NCBI GenBank assembly: GCA_037138355.1
Contig: JBAXIL010000014.1
Coordinates: 1 to 38,646, forward strand
From: a bacterium
GTDB taxonomy: Bacteria > Oederibacteriota > PGYV01 > Palsa-1178
Reading direction: 5' to 3'
Length of the DNA stretch: 38,646 nucleotides
Shown piece by piece: positions 1 through 8,543 of this stretch. Below the pieces are notes generated by a model that was not told where the DNA came from, did not search any database, and saw nothing but the letters and a program-made list of their open reading frames with translations. Every line of letters starts with the position of its first letter. Within the stretch, counting starts at the first letter, position 1. The position numbers and the translations under genes are program-made.

Positions 1-1635
1 GGTGAAGCTCTTGATAAAAAAATACCAGTATTGCGCTCTATAGATGCTGTATCAAAACAAGCGCTTAGAGTTTTAAAAGCATTAGGAAATAAAAGTTCAA
101 AACGAGTCATTGCCACTTTAGGGCCAGAACAGGAATATTTTTTAATTGATAAAAAATATTTTGCAGATCGTCTCGACCTTATGTTAACTGGAAGGACACT
201 TTTTGGTGCCCCATCTCCTAAGGGACAAGAACTTGAAGATCAATACTTCGGAGCTCTTAAAGATAAAGTTTCAAATTTTATGACTGACCTTGATCTTGAA
301 TTATGGAAAATGGGAATTGCCTCTAAAACTCGCCATAACGAAGTTGCTCCTGCACAGTTTGAAATGGCTCCAGTTTACGGAACACTCAATCTTGCTGTTG
401 ATCACAATCAACTTGCAATGGAGACAATGCAGAAAGTTGCTATAAGACATGACCTTGTTTGTCTTTTACACGAAAAACCATACGCGGGTGTAAATGGTTC
501 AGGCAAACATAATAACTGGTCACTCTCAACAGATGACGGTTTAAATCTTTTAGAGCCAGGACTTAATCCACATGACAATGCACAATTTTTAATTTTCTTA
601 TCATCTCTAATTACTGCAGTAGATAAACACTCTGATTTATTGAGGGGCTCTGCTGCTACACCGGGCAATGACCATCGTCTCGGAGCAAACGAAGCACCAC
701 CAGCGATTATTTCAATGTTTCTTGGCGATCAGATAACAACAGCTATAACAGCTGTCGCTGAGGGAAGAAAAATTGAAGGTTATAAAAATGCACCTTTGAA
801 AATCGGTGTTGATACCCTTCCACAATTCCCTATTGATAATTCTGACCGTAACAGAACTTCACCTTTTGCTTTTACTGGTAACAAATTCGAGTTCAGAATG
901 GTTGGATCTTCCGCATCAGTTGCTGGTCCAAATATAATATTGAATACTGTTGTTGCTGAAACATTAGATGAATTTGCGACAAGACTTGAAAAATCAAAAG
1001 ATGTAAATGCAGAAATTACAAGTATTCTCAAAGACACTCTAAAAGCACATGGCAAAATAATTTTTAATGGTAATAATTACTCTGAAGAGTGGGTAAAAGA
1101 AGCAGAAAAAAGAGGACTTCCAAATGTTAAAAACACTGTGGATGCGCACAAAGCCTTTACAACCCAGAAATCCAAAGATGTTTTTGCGAAATACGGAGTC
1201 CTTTCAAACGAAGAGCTTCATTCACGATATGAAATCTATATAGAACAATATGCAAAATGCATAAATATTGAAGCAATGACTGCCTTGAAAATGCTTAAAA
1301 CTTTGTACATACCTGCAATAATCGGCTTTACAGACAGTCTTGCTGGTACTGTAGCAAAAGTTAAAGCAGCTGGTTCTTCATCAGATGTTCAGTCTGGGCT
1401 GCTTAAAATGGTTACCACTTTACTTGAGTCAATCGTAACAAAAACCATGAAGCTTGAAACTAATACAGTAAAAGCCCAGGAAACAAATGACACAGTAAAA
1501 AAAGCAGAAACTTATAGAGATAATGTATTTACTGCGCTTGCAGAAGTGAGAAAAGATGTTGACGCCGCAGAAAAAATCATGCCAGCCGGTTTATGGCCTG
1601 TTCCAACATACGCCGATATGCTGTTTAAACTCTAA
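1..1635 (+). CDS. glnN: Glutamine synthetase type III (GlnN-like), 5'-truncated by window edge
   Basis: Frame is open from base 1 ([13 protein letters not shown]...). GSIII motifs [77 protein letters not shown] and C-terminal WPVPTY. Confidence 0.95.
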   Translation, partial: GEALDKKIPVLRSIDAVSKQALRVLKALGNKSSKRVIATLGPEQEYFLIDKKYFADRLDLMLTGRTLFGAPSPKGQELEDQYFGALKDKVSNFMTDLDLELWKMGIASKTRHNEVAPAQFEMAPVYGTLNLAVDHNQLAMETMQKVAIRHDLVCLLHEKPYAGVNGSGKHNNWSLSTDDGLNLLEPGLNPHDNAQFLIFLSSLITAVDKHSDLLRGSAATPGNDHRLGANEAPPAIISMFLGDQITTAITAVAEGRKIEGYKNAPLKIGVDTLPQFPIDNSDRNRTSPFAFTGNKFEFRMVGSSASVAGPNIILNTVVAETLDEFATRLEKSKDVNAEITSILKDTLKAHGKIIFNGNNYSEEWVKEAEKRGLPNVKNTVDAHKAFTTQKSKDVFAKYGVLSNEELHSRYEIYIEQYAKCINIEAMTALKMLKTLYIPAIIGFTDSLAGTVAKVKAAGSSSDVQSGLLKMVTTLLESIVTKTMKLETNTVKAQETNDTVKKAETYRDNVFTALAEVRKDVDAAEKIMPAGLWPVPTYADMLFKL

Positions 1636-1710
1636 GTAATTTTGTACACTTTTTAAATAAGCAATATAACAATTATTAATTGATATCCCCTTCTACTTCG
1701 ACGCCTACAC

Positions 1711-1742
1711 ATGGCCCCGTCGCGCCGACGCGACGGGGCCAT
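1711..1742. repeat. Perfect GC-rich inverted repeat (14-bp arms) downstream of the GS gene; possible terminator, 3'-stabilising or ANTAR-type hairpin
   Basis: ATGGCCCCGTCGCG-CCGA-CGCGACGGGGCCAT. No U-tract follows it on either strand. Confidence 0.8.
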
Positions 1743-1930
1743 AAAAACTGTCCCCTTCAATATACAATATAATATTTTATTCTACTCAAATTTCAACAGC
1801 TACAATCTATAACAATGTTATTTATGGATTAATATCTCTTATAACTTCACGCCAAAACGACAACTATCCTAACTAACTCAAATAATTATATTACAATAGC
1901 ATTATATGTTCACTATTCAACCACTTGTAT

Positions 1931-1951
1931 GTCAAATGTTATATATTTGAC
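1931..1951. promoter_or_regulatory. Inverted repeat, candidate activator (bEBP) or repressor site upstream of the sigma54 promoter
   Basis: GTCAAAT-N7-ATTTGAC, about 55 bp upstream of the -24 element. Confidence 0.4.
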
Positions 1952-2003
1952 CACCAAAATACTATTGTCATGTTAAAACATTGTGATTTAGAACTTCTTT
2001 TTG

Positions 2004-2019
2004 TGGCACGATATATGCT
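2004..2019 (+). promoter_or_regulatory. Sigma54 (-24/-12) promoter of the barrel-amtB-glnK operon
   Basis: TGGCACGATATATGCT matches TGGCAC-N5-TTGCW with one mismatch and exact GG-N10-GC spacing. It lies about 50 bp before the ATG of an ammonium-uptake operon. Confidence 0.8.
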
Positions 2020-2070
2020 TTATATATGGTGTAGTCATTAAATAATAAAAACTGAAAAGGAGGTTTTAGA

Positions 2071-2769
2071 ATGAAAAAATTACTAGTTCTTGCTTTATTA
2101 ACAGCAGCAATTTTTATGTCAGCTTTTTCATCAGTTAGTGCAAGTTTGTCTGGTAGTATTTATACGGCTGGTGTGGGAAGATACATTTGGAGAGGTCAGC
2201 TTTTGTCTGACGGTCTTGCCATACAACCAGGGTTCACGCTCAATCTAAATAAATTCTCTTTTGGTTATTGGGGTTCTTATCACGGTTTTGCTGATACCGC
2301 AAATCTCAATGAGTCAGATTACACTTTCAGTTTTACAGATACCGTGCCATATGTAGACATTTTAAGTCTTAAGTCTGGTTTTACAGTTTACACATTTCCA
2401 TATAGTCCACCTTCAGCTAATAACTCAACAGAAGTATTTGGCGGACTTTCTTTAGCTACTTTACTATCTCCAACAGTTACCTTTTATTACGATCCTACAC
2501 TCGGTAAAGGTGGTTATGTTGAAGCAGGAATTTCACAATCACAAGCATTTGGAGATTTCGGAATATCTGGTGGATTAACAGCTGGCTATAATTTTGGTCA
2601 GTGGGGATATACTCCATCTTTTACAGCTTTAGCAGCCACTATTGGTGCAAGTTATTCTTTAGCAGGATTTGTTTTAACACCATCAGTTGTGTTACAGCTT
2701 CCTCTTAACGATCAATACAAAAGTTTTGCTGTAGGTTCATTAGCATTGTCATATAATTTTGGATTATGA
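2071..2769 (+). CDS. Putative outer-membrane beta-barrel (TorF/Gcw_chp-like putative porin)
   Basis: Signal peptide, RYIWRG...AIQPG...GYWGS...ESDY pattern, alternating aromatic beta-strands, C-terminal YNF. RBS AAGGAGG. Confidence 0.7.
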   Translation: MKKLLVLALLTAAIFMSAFSSVSASLSGSIYTAGVGRYIWRGQLLSDGLAIQPGFTLNLNKFSFGYWGSYHGFADTANLNESDYTFSFTDTVPYVDILSLKSGFTVYTFPYSPPSANNSTEVFGGLSLATLLSPTVTFYYDPTLGKGGYVEAGISQSQAFGDFGISGGLTAGYNFGQWGYTPSFTALAATIGASYSLAGFVLTPSVVLQLPLNDQYKSFAVGSLALSYNFGL

Positions 2770-2793
2770 AAAAAACGAATGGAGGTAAGTAAA

Positions 2794-4143
2794 ATGAAAA
2801 AGATTATCTTGTTAGTAATGATGTTAGTAGCACTTCTCGGACTCGCTGGACTGTCAATGGCAAACGATGTAGCAACGACCGTACCTGTTGCTGCTCCAAT
2901 CGCAGCCCCTGCTCTCGCAATCAATGCAGGAGACACAGCTTGGGTACTTATGTCGGCTGCCCTCGTCATGCTCATGACTCCTGGACTGGCTTTCTTTTAT
3001 GGAGGCTTAGTACGCAAAAAGAACATGTTAAGTATTCTTATGCAGTGCATGGTTGCTCTTGCAGTCATCAGTGTGCAGTGGGTATTATACGGCTATTCTC
3101 TTTCCTTTCACCCTGGAGAAGGTTTTTGGGGCGGACTTCACTGGGCTGGTTTACATGGAGTAGGATTTGAACCATACGCAGATTACTCTTTAACTATTCC
3201 TCATCAGGCTTTCATGATATTTCAGGCAATGTTTGCAATAATCACGCCTGCTCTTATCATAGGAGCTTTTGCTGAAAGAATGAAATTCTCATCTTTCGTA
3301 GTTTTCTTACTTGCTTGGGCCACATTTGTATACGATCCACTTTGTCACTGGGTATGGGGCGTTGGCGGATTCTTAAGAAAAATGGGAGCTCTTGATTTTG
3401 CAGGAGGAACTGTAGTTCACATTAACGCAGGTATAGCCGCTATTGTTACTGCTCTATATTTAGGAAAAAGAAAAGGTTTAGATAAAACACCACCGCCTCA
3501 TAACCTTCCACTTTCTGTACTTGGTGCAGGATTGCTTTGGTTTGGCTGGTTTGGTTTCAATGCCGGAAGTGCTCTTGGAGCAAACGGACTTGCAGCAAAT
3601 GCTTTTGTTGTAACTAACACCGCAGCAGCAATGGCTGGTATAACATGGGCAGTAATTGATTGGATAATAATCGGTAAGCCAACAGTGCTTGGCACTATCA
3701 CAGGTGCTGTAGCAGGTCTTGTCGCTATCACTCCTGCCGCTGGATTTGTAGATGTAAACGGCGCTCTTGCTATTGGAATCTTAGTTAGCTTGGGATGCTA
3801 CTTTATGTTAAGCGTAGTAAAACCAAAGCTTGGCTATGATGATTCGCTTGATGCTTTTGGAGTACATGGTATCGGTGGTATAATCGGAGCTCTTGCAACA
3901 GGTTTGTTTGCAACAACAGCAGTAAACTCTGCAGGTGCAAACGGTCTATTTTATGGTAATCCAAAACAGTTTATGATTCAGTTGATGGCAGTGGGAGTAA
4001 CCGTCGGATATTCCTTAGTTATGACATTTGTTATACTCAAAGTGATTGACCTTGTAATGGGAGTTCGAGTCAAAGAAAGAGACGAAGCTATAGGACTCGA
4101 CTTGACTCAGCATCATGAAAGTGCTTACACTTTGATAGAATAA
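2794..4143 (+). CDS. amtB: Ammonium transporter AmtB
   Basis: Motifs MTPGLAFFYGG, FQAMFA, HWVWG, DFAGGTVVH, WFGWFGFNAGS, DDSLDAFGVHG. Start set at ATG 2794 after GGAGG (2781-2785); signal-like N-terminus. Confidence 0.97.
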   Translation: MKKIILLVMMLVALLGLAGLSMANDVATTVPVAAPIAAPALAINAGDTAWVLMSAALVMLMTPGLAFFYGGLVRKKNMLSILMQCMVALAVISVQWVLYGYSLSFHPGEGFWGGLHWAGLHGVGFEPYADYSLTIPHQAFMIFQAMFAIITPALIIGAFAERMKFSSFVVFLLAWATFVYDPLCHWVWGVGGFLRKMGALDFAGGTVVHINAGIAAIVTALYLGKRKGLDKTPPPHNLPLSVLGAGLLWFGWFGFNAGSALGANGLAANAFVVTNTAAAMAGITWAVIDWIIIGKPTVLGTITGAVAGLVAITPAAGFVDVNGALAIGILVSLGCYFMLSVVKPKLGYDDSLDAFGVHGIGGIIGALATGLFATTAVNSAGANGLFYGNPKQFMIQLMAVGVTVGYSLVMTFVILKVIDLVMGVRVKERDEAIGLDLTQHHESAYTLIE

Positions 4144-4224
4144 TTTATTATCTTGTTCCCTGCAATACGATATATAACAAATTTAGCTAAAAAAATTAAA
4201 TTCAAAAAAATGGAGGTGTAGAAC

Positions 4225-4566
4225 ATGAAACTCGTAATCGCGATCATCCAACCGCACAAATTGGAAGATGTAAAACAAGAACTGTATAAAGCCGAAGTTC
4301 ATCTTCTGACAGTCAATGAAGTGTTAGGTCACGGCAGACAAAAAGGAATTACTGAGGTTTACAGAGGTGTAAAAGAGTCAGGCAACTTGCTCAGAAAGCT
4401 TCGCCTTGAAATCGCAGTAAATGACAACTTTCTTCAGGCAACTATAAATGCTATTCTTAAAGGCGCACAAACTGGAGAGACTGGTGATGGCAAGATATTT
4501 GTAATGCCGATGGAAGAATGCATAAGAATCAGAACTGGAGAAAAAGGAAAAACAGCAATAGGATAA
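4225..4566 (+). CDS. glnK: P-II nitrogen regulatory protein (GlnK-type by linkage to amtB)
   Basis: GHGRQKG, YRG T-loop, TGETGDGKIFV, IRIRTGE. RBS GGAGGT. Confidence 0.93.
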   Translation: MKLVIAIIQPHKLEDVKQELYKAEVHLLTVNEVLGHGRQKGITEVYRGVKESGNLLRKLRLEIAVNDNFLQATINAILKGAQTGETGDGKIFVMPMEECIRIRTGEKGKTAIG

Positions 4567-4605
4567 AAACAGGTAAATCTTAGATATATAACAATTTTAA
4601 GTTTT

Positions 4606-4647
4606 AAGAAAAAAGGGCGGGATTAAATCTCCCGCCCTTTTTCTTTT
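4606..4647. terminator. Bidirectional intrinsic terminator between convergent glnK and gdhA
   Basis: AAGAAAAAAGGGCGGGA-TTAAATC-TCCCGCCCTTTTTCTT, with A and T tracts on both sides. Confidence 0.9.
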
Positions 4648-4685
4648 CATATCATAAAACTAAAAAAACTTATTAATCTCAGTTA

Positions 4686-6026
4686 TTAAACTACACCCTG
4701 ATCTATCATTGAATCGGCTACTTTAACAAAACCTGCTATATTCGCACCCATTACATAGTTAGTAGGGTCGCCGTATTCTGTGGCGGCACTTACGCACTGA
4801 TTATGGATTGCGATCATAATATTATGCAGCCTTGTATCAACTTCTTCGCGTGTCCACGAAAGTCTCATGGAGTTCTGCGACATTTCAAGACCTGATGTTG
4901 CAACTCCGCCAGCATTTGCGGCTTTACCTGGGCCATACATAATCTTTTTAGCCAAGTATTGTTCAATAGCTTCAGGAGTAGAAGGCATATTTGCGCCTTC
5001 ACTTATTAATTTGCAACCATTATCAAGTAATAGCTTTGCATTTTTACCGTCAATCTCATTCTGTGTGGCACTTGGGAATGCACAATCACAAGCAATTGCC
5101 CATGGTTTTGCCCCAGGTCTGTACTCACATTTATATTTATCTGCATATTCTTTAATACGACCGCGTTTTACATTTTTTAAATCAAGTACATATGCAAGCT
5201 TTTCTGCATTTATACCGTCTTTATCATATATAGTTCCTTCTGAATCAGAAAGTGAAACAGCCTTACCGCCGAGATGATTTATTTTCTCAACTGTATACTG
5301 TGCTACATTTCCTGAACCTGAAACTACACAAGTCTTTCCTTTAATGGAATCATTTTTTGTTTTAAGCATTTCCTGTGCAAAATATACTGCTCCATAACCA
5401 GTAGCTTCTGGGCGAATCAATGAGCCACCCCAATTTAACGCCTTACCTGTTAATATCCCTGTAAACTCATTACGAATTCTTTTATACTGCCCAAACATAA
5501 AACCAATCTCTCTTCCGCCTACACCAATATCTCCAGCTGGGACATCTGTGTCAGGTCCAATGTGGCGTTGAAGTTCAAGCATAAAAGACTGAATGAAACG
5601 CATAACTTCATTATCAGATTTACCTTTAGGGTCAAAATCAGATCCACCTTTTCCGCCACCCATAGGGAGTGTAGTAAGGGAATTTTTGAAAACCTGTTCA
5701 AATCCAAGGAATTTGAGAATTGAAGCATTTACTGATGGGTGAAGGCGAAGACCGCCTTTGTAAGGACCGATTGCGCTATTAAACTCAAATCTAAAACCAC
5801 GATTTACTTGAACTATATTCTTATCATCAACCCAAGGAACGCGAAAAATAATCTGTCTTTCTGGTTCAACTATACGCTCTAAAATACTTGCCTTCTCATA
5901 CTTTTTATTTCTGTCAACTACTGGGGCAAGTGACTCAAGCACTTCTGTTACCGCCTGCAAAAACTCAGGTTCATTTGCATTGCGTTTCTTAACTGTTTCA
6001 AGAACTTTATTGATATACTCCGACAT
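4686..6026 (-). CDS. gdhA: NADP-type glutamate dehydrogenase
   Basis: GPYKGGLRLHPSV, LPMGGGKGGSDFDPK, DVPAGDIGVGGREIG, RPEATGYG, VSGSGNVA, KAANAGGVATSGLEMSQN. Confidence 0.97.
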   Translation of the reverse strand: MSEYINKVLETVKKRNANEPEFLQAVTEVLESLAPVVDRNKKYEKASILERIVEPERQIIFRVPWVDDKNIVQVNRGFRFEFNSAIGPYKGGLRLHPSVNASILKFLGFEQVFKNSLTTLPMGGGKGGSDFDPKGKSDNEVMRFIQSFMLELQRHIGPDTDVPAGDIGVGGREIGFMFGQYKRIRNEFTGILTGKALNWGGSLIRPEATGYGAVYFAQEMLKTKNDSIKGKTCVVSGSGNVAQYTVEKINHLGGKAVSLSDSEGTIYDKDGINAEKLAYVLDLKNVKRGRIKEYADKYKCEYRPGAKPWAIACDCAFPSATQNEIDGKNAKLLLDNGCKLISEGANMPSTPEAIEQYLAKKIMYGPGKAANAGGVATSGLEMSQNSMRLSWTREEVDTRLHNIMIAIHNQCVSAATEYGDPTNYVMGANIAGFVKVADSMIDQGVV

Positions 6027-6064
6027 ATTTTTCCCCTCCTGCTTCGTATGCGCTTTTATCTTTC

Positions 6065-6144
6065 AAAACGACAAATCTGCCGCCAACACATCAATGTGTC
6101 TGCTATCGTGTATCTTCTGAACACATCAGCGTGCTCAGGCAGAT
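6065..6144 (-). promoter_or_regulatory. gdhA leader: ANTAR-type dual-hairpin RNA with basal helix and overlapping weak terminator
   Basis: Minus strand: CTGAGCAC-GCTGAT-GTGTTCAG and GCAGACAC-ATTGAT-GTGTTGGC, enclosed by ATCTGCC/GGCAGAT. Competing hairpin GGCGGCA-GATT-TGTCGTT followed by TT. Confidence 0.75.
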
Positions 6145-6202
6145 ATTGTTATAAACCTAAAGCACAGCGCTGTGCATTTAAGTTTGCCGACGAAAATTTT
6201 AT

Positions 6203-6979
6203 TTATTTTCCAATTTCCATAGTAAGTATTATTGCTTCCGCTACTTCTTTCATAGACTTTCTTGAATCCATTGATTTTTTATGTATTGATTTATATGCTA
6301 TGTCTTCTGACATTTTAAACTTGCTCATTAATATTCCTTTGGCCCTATCAATGAGTTTTCTTGTTTCAAGTGCTTCTTTCGCCATAACTGTTTCTTCTAA
6401 CAACTTGACATTTTCTATCCCAATGGCAGCTTGATTGGCCACAGACTGTAATATGCGTATTTCACTTTCACTAAAGACATGCTCTTGAGTGGTATAAATA
6501 TTAATTACCCCCATTACATTGTTTCGTAAAATCATCGGAACTGCCAGCATTGATTTAAGCCCTTCCTTAAGTGCTATTTCCTTAAATGCATAACCATTCT
6601 CTTTTGTAACATTTAAAACAGTTACTGGTTTTTTGTCAACAACTGCCCTTCCAGATATTGATTGCCCTACATTAATATTTGGTTTATTTCTATATTCAGT
6701 ACTTAGGCTTTGCGTTGCAATTGATTTAAGTTCCTGTTGATTTTTATCCAGCAACATTATAGAACAAATTTTAGACCCCATCATTTCGGCAGTAAGCGAA
6801 ACCACTATGTGCAATATTTCTTCTAAATATCTTCCAGAAACAATAGATTTACTTATTTCGGTTAAGGTTTCAATTTCTTTTTCTTTTTCCTGTATAATTA
6901 ATTTGAGTCTTGTTATTTCCGAGATACTTTTTGTAGGAACGATTTTTTTTCGTTTTTTTGCGATTTTCTTCTCAATCAT
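6203..6979 (-). CDS. GAF + ANTAR domain RNA-binding regulator
   Basis: N-terminal coiled coil, GAF-like core (CSIMLLD...GQSISGRAV...SMLAVPM...GVINIY...F...LQSVANQAAIGIEN) and C-terminal ANTAR (ALETRKLIDRAKGILM...SEDIAY...SMDSRKSMKEVAEAII). Start set at ATG 6979 after GGGGAG; the ORF track start is 7039. Confidence 0.92.
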   Translation of the reverse strand: MIEKKIAKKRKKIVPTKSISEITRLKLIIQEKEKEIETLTEISKSIVSGRYLEEILHIVVSLTAEMMGSKICSIMLLDKNQQELKSIATQSLSTEYRNKPNINVGQSISGRAVVDKKPVTVLNVTKENGYAFKEIALKEGLKSMLAVPMILRNNVMGVINIYTTQEHVFSESEIRILQSVANQAAIGIENVKLLEETVMAKEALETRKLIDRAKGILMSKFKMSEDIAYKSIHKKSMDSRKSMKEVAEAIILTMEIGK

Positions 6980-7062
6980 GAACGCTCCCCAAAAACAGAA
7001 TATAAAATGCGTGCTATTTCGGCCGACAGAAAAAGCCAAATCTTTATTTATATATCAAAAAG

Positions 7063-7091
7063 ATTATATACCAACACTCAAACATCGTCAA
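7063..7091 (-). promoter_or_regulatory. Sigma70-type promoter of the ANTAR gene
   Basis: TTGACG-17 nt-TATAAT on the minus strand. Confidence 0.8.
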
Positions 7092-7109
7092 GACAATGAA
7101 TTACATATC

Positions 7110-8543
7110 TTAACTTTCCAATTCTTCCAAATATTTAGCTATGGCCTTTGCTGATTTTCTGCCTGCACCCATAGCAGCAATAACTGTTGCAGAGCCAGTT
7201 GTTATGTCGCCTCCAGCATATACTCCAGGGATCGATGTAGCACCTGTTTCAGGATCAACTTCAATATTGCCCCATTTAGTAAGTTTTAACCCAGGAACAT
7301 CAGATGTCAAAAGTTTGTTTGCTTTTGTACCTAAGGCAGGTATTATCGTATCCAGCTCAATTACAAACTCTGAACCAGGAACTGGTATCGGTTTGCGTCT
7401 ACCTGAAGAATCTGGCTCTCCTAACTCCATTTTAATGCACTTTATGCCTTTTACCCAACCATTTTCATCACCAAGTACTTCAACTGGGTTTGTCAATAAA
7501 TTAAATATCACTCCCTCTTCATGAGCTCTTTCTATTTCTTCTTTTCTTGCTGGCATTTCTGCATCCGAGCGTCTATAAATTATGTGTGATTCTTCTACCC
7601 CTGGAAGACGCTTACTCCAACGAGCAGAATCCATTGCCACATTTCCAGCTCCCACAACTGCCACTTTTTTACCGACTCTTACTGGCGTATCGTACTCTGG
7701 GAATAAATATCCTTTCATAGCATTTATTCTTGTAAGATACTCATTTGCTGAATATACACCTTTAAGATTTTCTCCAGGAATGCCAAGAAACATAGGTGTC
7801 CCTGCTCCTACTCCAATAAACACTGCCTTAAAACCTTGTTTTTTTAAATCATCTATTGTATAAGATTTACCAATTACCACATTAAGTTGAAACTCTACGC
7901 CGATTTTTTGCAAGTAATCAACTTCTCTTTGTACTATTGCTTTAGGTAATCTAAATTCAGGAATACCATAAACCAATACGCCGCCAGCTATATGCATAGC
8001 TTCAAAAACTACTGGCGAATATCCCATTTTCACAAGGTCTCCAGCCAAAGTTAAACCAGCTGGACCTGCACCAGCGACAGCAATTTTTATCAGCTTTCCA
8101 TCACGCCCAAGACGCTTAGTGATTACAGTTGCTTCCTGTTTTAAATTAGCAGCTTCCCAATCCGCAGCAAAACGCTCCAAAGAACCTATGTTTATAGGAT
8201 TTTTTGTTTTGAGCATTACACAAGTACTTTCACATTGCTCTTCTTGTGGACATACTCTGCCACACACTGCTGGCAAACTATTATCATTTTTTATAGTGTC
8301 AATTGCCCCTTTAAAATCTCTAACAGCTATTCGTCTTATAAATTCTTTTATATTGATATTAACCGGACAACCTAATATACATGTTGGATTCTTGCACTGA
8401 ATACATCTTTCTGCTTCAGCAACAGCTTCTTCCTCATTGTAACCAAAAGGCACTTCATTAAAATTATTAACTCTTATCTGCGGCTCCTGCTGTCTTACTG
8501 CAACTCTTGGCCTTTTTGCTTTAGGTATTTTATTTTCTTCCAT
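7110..8543 (-). CDS. nfnB: NfnB/SudA-like flavoprotein (often annotated homotetrameric glutamate synthase GltA); large subunit of NfnAB transhydrogenase
   Basis: RCIQCKNPTC...GCPV, CGRVCPQEEQCE, GAGPAG, YGIPEFRLPK, VGAGNVAMD, YRRS. Translationally coupled to the upstream NfnA-like gene. Confidence 0.85.
   Translation of the reverse strand: MEENKIPKAKRPRVAVRQQEPQIRVNNFNEVPFGYNEEEAVAEAERCIQCKNPTCILGCPVNINIKEFIRRIAVRDFKGAIDTIKNDNSLPAVCGRVCPQEEQCESTCVMLKTKNPINIGSLERFAADWEAANLKQEATVITKRLGRDGKLIKIAVAGAGPAGLTLAGDLVKMGYSPVVFEAMHIAGGVLVYGIPEFRLPKAIVQREVDYLQKIGVEFQLNVVIGKSYTIDDLKKQGFKAVFIGVGAGTPMFLGIPGENLKGVYSANEYLTRINAMKGYLFPEYDTPVRVGKKVAVVGAGNVAMDSARWSKRLPGVEESHIIYRRSDAEMPARKEEIERAHEEGVIFNLLTNPVEVLGDENGWVKGIKCIKMELGEPDSSGRRKPIPVPGSEFVIELDTIIPALGTKANKLLTSDVPGLKLTKWGNIEVDPETGATSIPGVYAGGDITTGSATVIAAMGAGRKSAKAIAKYLEELES

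Noticed and set aside
6041..6053. GC-ATACGAA-GC next to the gdhA RBS as a further ANTAR hairpin
   Set aside because: Only two base pairs and a 7-nt loop.
6174..6190. Sigma54-like CGGCAAACTTAAATGCA on minus upstream of gdhA
   Set aside because: GG to GC spacing is 11 nt, not the obligatory 10.
6060..6196. Glutamine riboswitch (glnA/downstream-peptide) in the gdhA or gltB leaders
   Set aside because: I did not find the conserved CGUU...AACG P1 or E-loop elements. An Rfam scan would settle it.
6048..6434. ORF-track + strand ORF over the gdhA leader and ANTAR gene, and similar antisense ORFs throughout (e.g. 4867-5277, 7141-7524, 9458-9868, 21887-22285, 37666-38112)
   Set aside because: Shadow frames opposite well-supported genes, with no recognisable motifs.
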